DNA from: Candidatus Latescibacterota bacterium
Lineage (GTDB): Bacteria > Latescibacterota > UBA2968 > UBA8231
Assembly: GCA_965261395.1 (NCBI GenBank)
Contig: OZ253462.1
Location: forward strand, 2,592,001 to 2,656,000
Direction: 5' to 3'
DNA length: 64,000 bases
Shown here: in pieces, positions 57,655 through 64,000 of the stretch
Position numbering within the stretch: position 1 is the stretch's first letter
Layout of the letters: each line of letters starts with the position of its first letter
Translations under genes and position numbers: made by a program
Notes under the pieces: model-generated
Seen by the model: only the letters and a program-made list of their open reading frames with translations
Database searches by the model: none
What the model was told of the DNA's origin: nothing

Positions 57655-58857
57655 CTAGGTGATCACCAACTCCTCGTCAAGTTGACGTAGCCCGATGCCC
57701 TCGAAAAGCCTTTGCCTCCATAGGGCACCCGGTAAGTCTCCCTCTGTGACAAGAGTACGCAGCAGTTCGCTATCGGACGCTCGGCGCACGGTCGTGAATC
57801 CGTCTTTCTTAACCAACCAGAAGATCTCATCGAGTTCTGCTCCGTTCAGGAAATCGGGAGAGTGGGTTGAAACGAACACTTGGCCGCCGCGCCGGGCGTA
57901 GTCCCGAAACTCCTCGGCCAATTCTATTAGCAATTCGGGATAGAGCTGGTTTTCGGGTTCTTCGACCGCCAGCAACGGATGAGGCTTCGGGTCATACAGC
58001 AAGACGAGGTAGGCGAACATCTTGATGGTGCCGTCAGAGACGTAGCGGGCAATAAAGGGGTCTTTGAAGCTGCCATCCTGAAAGCGCAGGACGAGACGCC
58101 CGTCCTCCGTCGGTTTGGCTTCAACGCCGCTCACGCCGGGGACACGCTGGCTCATAGCTTTCAGCACTTGGTCGAAGCACTCGCGGTGATTTTCGTAGAG
58201 GTACTGGGCCACTTGGGCGATGTTATCGCCACGGTTAGACATATGCTCGGCATAGCCGGCCTCACTGCTTGGTCGGGCATCGGCAATGTGGAAGTCCGAG
58301 ACGTGCCAGTTTTCGATCAGGCTGCGGAAATCTGAGACGACTTGGAACTCGCGGAACTGCCCCAAGCCTTTGATCGCGAGGACGCTGGGGTCATCGAGCT
58401 TGTACTCCGCTCTTTTTTCTTTTACTTCTTCCTGACCATAGACCGATTCATTTGTGATCGCGGTTCCGATCCCGCCTGAGAAATCAACGAAATGCCAGGG
58501 GCGTCCATACTGCCCTTTACGGTAGTGGAGTACTTCGCGTTCAACCGAGACTTGGCCACCCCTCGCTACTATTTCGAGTTCGTAAGTGGCCAGACGTCCG
58601 CCGCTCTCGCGGAATTTGATGGTGATCCCAATCGGCCCCTTTTCTCCCCGGCTAACCAACTCGCGGAACCCTCCGCGTCGCGCCACTGCCATGGTGACGT
58701 TCTGGGTCAGCGCGTCCTTGAGAAAGCTAAACACGTCGAGTAGCGTTGACTTGCCCGTGCCGTTCGCGCCCACGACTACGACCATCGGGGGTAAATTATC
58801 AAACACGGCGTGGCGGAAGGAACGGTAGTTCTTGATTTCAATCTGCTCAATCCGCAT
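57655..58857 (-). CDS. AAA_21 / ABC-type ATPase
   Basis: GANGTGKS, SDGT signature, VEEPENQL and STHSP motifs, with a GGAGG RBS before MRIEQ. Confidence 0.92.
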   Translation of the reverse strand: MRIEQIEIKNYRSFRHAVFDNLPPMVVVVGANGTGKSTLLDVFSFLKDALTQNVTMAVARRGGFRELVSRGEKGPIGITIKFRESGGRLATYELEIVARGGQVSVEREVLHYRKGQYGRPWHFVDFSGGIGTAITNESVYGQEEVKEKRAEYKLDDPSVLAIKGLGQFREFQVVSDFRSLIENWHVSDFHIADARPSSEAGYAEHMSNRGDNIAQVAQYLYENHRECFDQVLKAMSQRVPGVSGVEAKPTEDGRLVLRFQDGSFKDPFIARYVSDGTIKMFAYLVLLYDPKPHPLLAVEEPENQLYPELLIELAEEFRDYARRGGQVFVSTHSPDFLNGAELDEIFWLVKKDGFTTVRRASDSELLRTLVTEGDLPGALWRQRLFEGIGLRQLDEELVIT

Positions 58858-58920
58858 AGGTTGTTCCTCCGTATTGTCGAACATTACTGTTGTTGGGCTA
58901 GGCTGCTCCATTGGCGGCTA

Positions 58921-59628
58921 TCACGATTCATCTAGTGACCGGCGAAGAGTTGCGGTCAATTTCTGACGGAAGTCCTTGTCATTATCCCTAGACTTAGACC
59001 AAATAACGGTCGTGCAGTGATTCGTATCGAAGTGGGTTCCATCGTTGCTTTCAAATTTTTTCTTTTCGCAGATATAGATAACAGGTTTGCCTAGACCCTC
59101 CGCGTAACCGGCCTCCCAATATGCGCCATTGTTGCCGTGAGTGAGGTCGGCAATAACGAACTTCGCGTCTCTGATTCGGACACGCATGATGTTGTCGATG
59201 ATACCCGCCTTTGAGACATCGCGCATATCGACGAGATCATAACCGGTGGCATCCTTTACCTCGGGTTTCACAACGTCCCAAACAAAGGATTCGAGATCGG
59301 GTTCGTTGAACTGCATGGCGAGGAAACCGTAGTTTCCAGCAAACCCCCCATGCTTTTCCTCTTCGTACTGTTCCCATCCGTCGAGAGAGAGGTTGACATT
59401 CGCAAAAGGTGTTAGGTCAGATTGGTACGTTACTAATTCCGTCATTTGGATGGTCTGGTTTTTGTACAACTCTCTGACGAGTTGCATAAAGAATTCCTTG
59501 CTCGGAGCGCCAATTTCCTGGCTGATTTCAGGGAGATAGGAAATTGGCTTACCCAATTCCGATACTTGGTCTCCAATGTATCGAATGAGATTCATCGCCT
59601 GCACCGCAGGGCTCGTGAATTCGTTCAT
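58921..59628 (-). CDS. Winged-helix + nucleoside 2-deoxyribosyltransferase/TIR-like domain protein
   Basis: FLAMQF, FVIADLT..NNGAYWEAGYA.GLGKPVI and HFDTNH motifs. Confidence 0.8.
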   Translation of the reverse strand: MNEFTSPAVQAMNLIRYIGDQVSELGKPISYLPEISQEIGAPSKEFFMQLVRELYKNQTIQMTELVTYQSDLTPFANVNLSLDGWEQYEEEKHGGFAGNYGFLAMQFNEPDLESFVWDVVKPEVKDATGYDLVDMRDVSKAGIIDNIMRVRIRDAKFVIADLTHGNNGAYWEAGYAEGLGKPVIYICEKKKFESNDGTHFDTNHCTTVIWSKSRDNDKDFRQKLTATLRRSLDES

Positions 59629-59796
59629 GTCTTTCCCTTACTTGTCCTATCTCCTATAGGTCAAAATCGGCGCGCTTCTGCACTGCCGTCCTTGAAGCGA
59701 GATTGGCGACTGGATAGATTGAGTTGAATTAGGTCGTCCAACATACCACACGCCCCGCGCTCGTTCAAGCTACCTAAAACGCCAAGGAACGCCCCA

Positions 59797-61137
59797 ATGC
59801 CTCGTCCCAATATACTCTTCATCATGGATGATCAGCACCGCCATGACTATCTCGGTGCCGCCGGTGCCGAGTTCCTGCGGACGCCTCACCTCGACCGCCT
59901 CGCCGCCGCTGGCGTGCGCTTCACCCACTGCACCACCAATGCACCCGTCTGCGCGCCGGCGCGGATCGGATTGGCCTCTGGCCTGCAACCGAGCCGCCTC
60001 GGCTGCGTGGACAATTCGGGGCGGCTGCCCTTGGGCACCACCACCTACTATCAGCGGCTGCGCGACTCCGGCTACCGAGTCGGCTGCGTCGGCAAGCTCG
60101 ACCTGCGCAAATCCGACGGCTACAATGGCCGCTACGGCGACCGGCCCTACGCCTATAGCTGGGGTTTCACCGATCCAGAGGAATGCGAGGGCAAAATGCA
60201 CGCTGGCTCCTCGCCCACGCCGATTGGCTCCTATACGCACTACCTAGCCGCCAAAGGGCAATTGGCGACATTTCATCAGGACTATCGACAACGCGCTGCT
60301 TCCAGTTGGATTACCGACTGCCGCGACTCACCGCTGGCCAGCGCGGACTTTGAGGACGCCTATATCGGCCGTCGCGCCGCCGAGTGGATCGCCCATGTGT
60401 CCGACGACTTCCCCTGGCACTACTTCGTCAGCTTCGTCGGCCCGCACGACCCCTTTGATCCGCCCACCGAATATGCCGACCGCTACCGCGACGCGGCGAT
60501 GCCCCCGGCCATCAGCGACTCCCTTGCTGGCAAACCCGAGTGGATCAAAAAACGCGCCGCAGAATTCACTCCCGACCAAATCACTCAAACCCGTCGCCAA
60601 TACTGCGCTGCCACCGAACTCATCGACGACCAGATCGGCCAGATCCTCGACGCGCTCGAAAAACGCGGCCAACTCGACAATACCTATATCATTTTCGCCT
60701 CCGACCACGGCGAACTGCTCGGCGACCACGGGCTATACACCAAAAGCGCCGCTTACGAGGCCAGCCTACGCGTACCGCTGATCATCGCCGGGCCGAATAT
60801 CGCCGGAGGCCGCGTCTGTGACGCGCTGTGCGAACTCATTGACCTCAATGCCACGATATGTGATTTTGCCCAGCTCGCGCCGCAGCAGGACATCGACGCC
60901 CGCTCGCTGCAACCCGTCCTCGACGGCCAGACCGACATCCACCGCCAAGAGACTGTCGCCGCCCTGAACAACTTCCGCTGCATTCGCACGGCTACCCACA
61001 AATACATCCAGAATTACAACGACTGCGACGAACTCTACGACCTTGAGCAGGACCCCGACGAGTTGCACAACATCGCCGCCACCGCTCCCGCTATGGTCGC
61101 GGATCTAGCGCGTCGCTTGCGCCGTCGTCTGGGCTGA
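59797..61137 (+). CDS. Sulfatase
   Basis: PNILFIMDDQ, CAPAR, PHDP, SDHG and ELYDL..DP motifs. Confidence 0.92.
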   Translation: MPRPNILFIMDDQHRHDYLGAAGAEFLRTPHLDRLAAAGVRFTHCTTNAPVCAPARIGLASGLQPSRLGCVDNSGRLPLGTTTYYQRLRDSGYRVGCVGKLDLRKSDGYNGRYGDRPYAYSWGFTDPEECEGKMHAGSSPTPIGSYTHYLAAKGQLATFHQDYRQRAASSWITDCRDSPLASADFEDAYIGRRAAEWIAHVSDDFPWHYFVSFVGPHDPFDPPTEYADRYRDAAMPPAISDSLAGKPEWIKKRAAEFTPDQITQTRRQYCAATELIDDQIGQILDALEKRGQLDNTYIIFASDHGELLGDHGLYTKSAAYEASLRVPLIIAGPNIAGGRVCDALCELIDLNATICDFAQLAPQQDIDARSLQPVLDGQTDIHRQETVAALNNFRCIRTATHKYIQNYNDCDELYDLEQDPDELHNIAATAPAMVADLARRLRRRLG

Positions 61138-61143
61138 ACACTC

Positions 61144-61845
61144 CTACGATTGGTTTGTTCTCCAGGCTTGGTACTCAGCCAAGGTCTGCTCGTCGGGGGG
61201 ATAGGTGCCGACAATACTGGCCCCGGCGCGGATTTTCTCGGTGATGAAGCGCTCTTTTTTCTCCATCTCCTCGGCCTCGATGGCGACCTCTTCGGCTAGA
61301 TGCGCGGGTATGACCACGACCCCTTCCCCATCGCCGACGAGCACATCGCCGGGGAAGACCGCCACGCCGCCGCAGGCGATGGGCACCTGGATTTCGCTAG
61401 GGTGGTGGATGGTTTTGTTGGTGTGGGCGTTCATGGCCGCCGCGTATGCAGGTAACCCCGACGCGACGATGGTCGGCGAGTCGCGATAGGCTCCATCGGT
61501 GACGATTCCCGCGCAGCCCCGCACTTGCAGCCGCGCCGCTAGGATGGACCCCATAGTCCCGGCGCGGGTGTCGCCGCGTGCATCAATGACGAACACGTCA
61601 CCTGCGATTATCTGCTCAATACCGACCCGCTGCACGTCTTTCAGGTTGTCCAGTGGGACCTCGTCGAGGTCCTCGCGCGCCGGGATATAGCGCAGGGTAA
61701 AGGCCCGGCCGACCATCTGCATGTCGGGAGTAAGGGGCGCGACTTGGTGCATAAACGTGTTGTACAGTCCCTTGTTGCGCAGCACGGACGTCAGGGTCGC
61801 GGTGCTGGCCACCTTTAGTTTTTCGCTCAATTCGGCAAAATCCAC
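61144..61845 (-). CDS. RraA/HMG aldolase family protein
   Basis: GRAFTLRY, DGAYRD and GGVAVFPGDVLVGDGEGVVVIP motifs. Confidence 0.9.
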   Translation of the reverse strand: MDFAELSEKLKVASTATLTSVLRNKGLYNTFMHQVAPLTPDMQMVGRAFTLRYIPAREDLDEVPLDNLKDVQRVGIEQIIAGDVFVIDARGDTRAGTMGSILAARLQVRGCAGIVTDGAYRDSPTIVASGLPAYAAAMNAHTNKTIHHPSEIQVPIACGGVAVFPGDVLVGDGEGVVVIPAHLAEEVAIEAEEMEKKERFITEKIRAGASIVGTYPPDEQTLAEYQAWRTNQS

Positions 61846-61857
61846 AATTCGCTCCTT

Positions 61858-62916
61858 TCAGCGTATCTGCCCGCGGGCGTCAACCGGCCAGACGGCTTCC
61901 ACGCGGCCGCCGCGCACGGCAAAGATCTGGTCGTGTTCGTTGAAACAGGGGCAGGGATGAACCGGCAGGACTTGCACTTGTTCGCCGATTTGGGGCTTGT
62001 CGTCACAGGCCGATAGATCGACCTGCCCGTGTTCCTCCGAGGCCCCGGAGAAGACGGCTTGGGGGTACTCGACGATGTGCCCCATGATGAATGAACCGTC
62101 TTCCCCGCGATGGACCGCTGCGCTGAGCGACTTGCTGCCCCCGTCGAGGATGGCGCGATCCGCGGCTGGTCGGCTGACTACGGTCATCAGCACCCGGCCA
62201 GCGCACTGACCGACGCTGTGGGTTCCCCGGCGGAGATGGCCGACGCCGCCGACTGGGTACTCGCCGGCCCGGTACTCGGTCAGTTCGGGGATTTCGTGCG
62301 CCTTGAACGCGCCCGGTGTACTACCGCCACTGACGATGGGATGCGGCAGACCCTTGCGGTCGAAATGCGCGAGCGTCTCTTGGATTAGCGGCCGCATGTC
62401 TGGAGTCGCTGGCATAGACATGATGCCCCGGAGTTCGATGTTTGGGGCCTGATCGATTTTTTCGCCTAGGGCGCCCGCGGCCGCGGGCGAGCCTACGCCC
62501 GTGCGGCCGCGATCGAGTTCGACGACCACGCCCACAGTGACATCCGCTTCCGCAGCAGCTTCGGCTAGCCCTTGCACGGTGTATTCGGAATCAGCCGCCA
62601 CGGTCAGCCGGGTGTCCCGCGCCAGCGCGACCAGCCGCGCCAGCTTTTGCGCGCCGATGATGTTATAGGGAATCAGGATGTCGCGATCGACTCCGCCCGC
62701 CGCCATGACTTCGGCCTCCCCGAGCTTTTGGCAGGTGATGCCGATCGCCCCGCGACGCATTTGCATATGGGCGATGGCCACGCATTTGTGGGTCTTGATG
62801 TGGGGCCGCAAGCCAATACCGTGCTCGTCAAAGTAGCGTTGGTAGCGGTCGAGGTTGTCCTCCAAGCCGTCGAGATCGACGAGGAGGGCGGGCGTGTCGA
62901 GGTCTTCTATGCGCAT
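61858..62916 (-). CDS. D-threonine aldolase/D-serine dehydratase-like PLP enzyme (alanine racemase fold)
   Basis: TPALLVD, RPHIKTHK, SGGSTP, DGGSK, SEEHG and HPC motifs. Confidence 0.9.
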   Translation of the reverse strand: MRIEDLDTPALLVDLDGLEDNLDRYQRYFDEHGIGLRPHIKTHKCVAIAHMQMRRGAIGITCQKLGEAEVMAAGGVDRDILIPYNIIGAQKLARLVALARDTRLTVAADSEYTVQGLAEAAAEADVTVGVVVELDRGRTGVGSPAAAGALGEKIDQAPNIELRGIMSMPATPDMRPLIQETLAHFDRKGLPHPIVSGGSTPGAFKAHEIPELTEYRAGEYPVGGVGHLRRGTHSVGQCAGRVLMTVVSRPAADRAILDGGSKSLSAAVHRGEDGSFIMGHIVEYPQAVFSGASEEHGQVDLSACDDKPQIGEQVQVLPVHPCPCFNEHDQIFAVRGGRVEAVWPVDARGQIR

Positions 62917-63197
62917 AGTGGCCTTTCCTTGATGGTAATTTCTGGTGATCAATGTCTAGGATTTGCACCGTAAACGCAACGAGTACAAGCTGAAGGAAAA
63001 GCCGGAACACGGAGATCATACAGCTATATTTGCCGATTTGACGATGTTCAAAAGAAATTATATTACTTGACTAACGGACCAAAACTCCCTATTCAAAGAT
63101 TTTTGCCGTACCCAAGGGCACTGCATTGGGCGAAACTGCCGCCAATCAATCGTCTGACCAAAGAGGCAACCGCATGATTCGCTATCTGGATTGGTAA

Positions 63198-63710
63198 ATG
63201 CTGGATTTGAACGAACTGGACACTGACAACATCCCCGGTATCTCACGAGCAAAGGGTAACGAATTGGCCGAAGCCGGAGCCGTTTGCCTAGAATCTCAGG
63301 GTCATACACCAGGTGCTTACCTTACTGTCCGTAATGGCGCTAATAATAGTTATCGGCTAGATTGGCCGCAGGTCACTAACCAAGCCCGCCGGACTTGGAA
63401 TGACGATGAGGAGGCTACCGAAGACGGTGCTGCCGGCATTGCTGTCCTACTGGCAAGTCGGGAAATCGGTTACGCGGTTGTATTGCGTTCACGAAAGGGT
63501 ACCGGATTCGATTATTGGCTCGGGGATGATGTACTAGACTTTAGAGCAAGGATGGAAGTATCCGGCATCCGAAATGGTAATGATGGCCAAGTCAAGACAA
63601 GAGTGAAACAGAAATTGCGCCAGATGAATCGGTCGAATGATCAGAAATTACCGGCTTACGCAATCGTGGTTGAATTCGGGCGGCCAATTGCCGAAGTAAA
63701 AAAGAAATGA
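63198..63710 (+). CDS. Hypothetical protein with restriction-endonuclease-like acidic motif
   Basis: ATEDGA..IA, GTGFDYWLG, RMEVSGI and IVVEF. Lower GC than the core genes. Confidence 0.75.
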   Translation: MLDLNELDTDNIPGISRAKGNELAEAGAVCLESQGHTPGAYLTVRNGANNSYRLDWPQVTNQARRTWNDDEEATEDGAAGIAVLLASREIGYAVVLRSRKGTGFDYWLGDDVLDFRARMEVSGIRNGNDGQVKTRVKQKLRQMNRSNDQKLPAYAIVVEFGRPIAEVKKK

Positions 63711-64000
63711 ACTCAGTTAATCATCTCCACAAAAAAGCTATGGAATTCGCAGACCTCGGCCTCAGAAGAAGGGCGCGTGGCAATGCGGAAGAATCCCTAG
63801 AGTATTTTGAGCAGGCACTTCACTATGAATTGGCTGCCATTGACGAGCTTGACAAAACAGAGGAGTTGGCTTGGGCAGTGTTGCATCGCAGCGCTGGCAC
63901 CTTGGCATTGGATTGCAGGGACTTTCTCCAAGCCGAGAAAATAGTAGCCACTGCTCTGGCGCAGGAACCGCATCCAGAGATTGCGGAGGAGTTGCGCGAC
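63707..64000 (+). CDS. Helical (TPR-like) hypothetical protein, runs off the window
   Basis: ATGA overlap with the upstream gene. MNSVNHLHKKAMEFAD...VLHRSAGTLALDC....AEK..ATAL..PHPEIAEELRD, with no stop to the edge. Confidence 0.75.
   Translation, partial: MNSVNHLHKKAMEFADLGLRRRARGNAEESLEYFEQALHYELAAIDELDKTEELAWAVLHRSAGTLALDCRDFLQAEKIVATALAQEPHPEIAEELRD

Overview
GC-rich bacterial chromosome segment. The gene content (sulfatases, PhyH dioxygenase, enolase-superfamily enzymes, futalosine-pathway mqnB/mqnD, a DGGGP-synthase-like UbiA, secreted proteins with FPNPF-type tails) suggests an FCB-superphylum organism such as Latescibacterota; this is inference only. Housekeeping and catabolic genes (rhlE-like helicase, purM, hisS, oxidoreductases, glycoside hydrolases) are interrupted by several defence and mobile segments. 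(1) A 13.5-kb Type I R-M locus (12013-25494) carries accessory genes: an antitoxin, a PIN/ATPase chimera, a YhcG nuclease, a HEPN-motif DUF4209 protein and a Schlafen/AlbA_2-ATPase (both between hsdS and hsdR), and a YgjP-like peptidase. (2) An AbiJ-like gene sits beside an orphan N6-adenine methyltransferase. (3) An NDT/TIR-like protein, an AAA_21 ATPase and an MmeI-like R-M gene lie next to a dead IS4-family element. (4) An uncharacterised, translationally coupled nuclease-like/helical gene pair runs off the right edge. An internally deleted IS200/IS605 element keeps its right end and omega-RNA region. The most unusual structural pattern is that cargo blocks are bracketed by an intact gene and a diverged orphan copy of the same gene's 3' end (SGNH hydrolase, hsdM, possibly an amidohydrolase), with no integrase in the window. 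No rRNA, tRNA or CRISPR array was seen.
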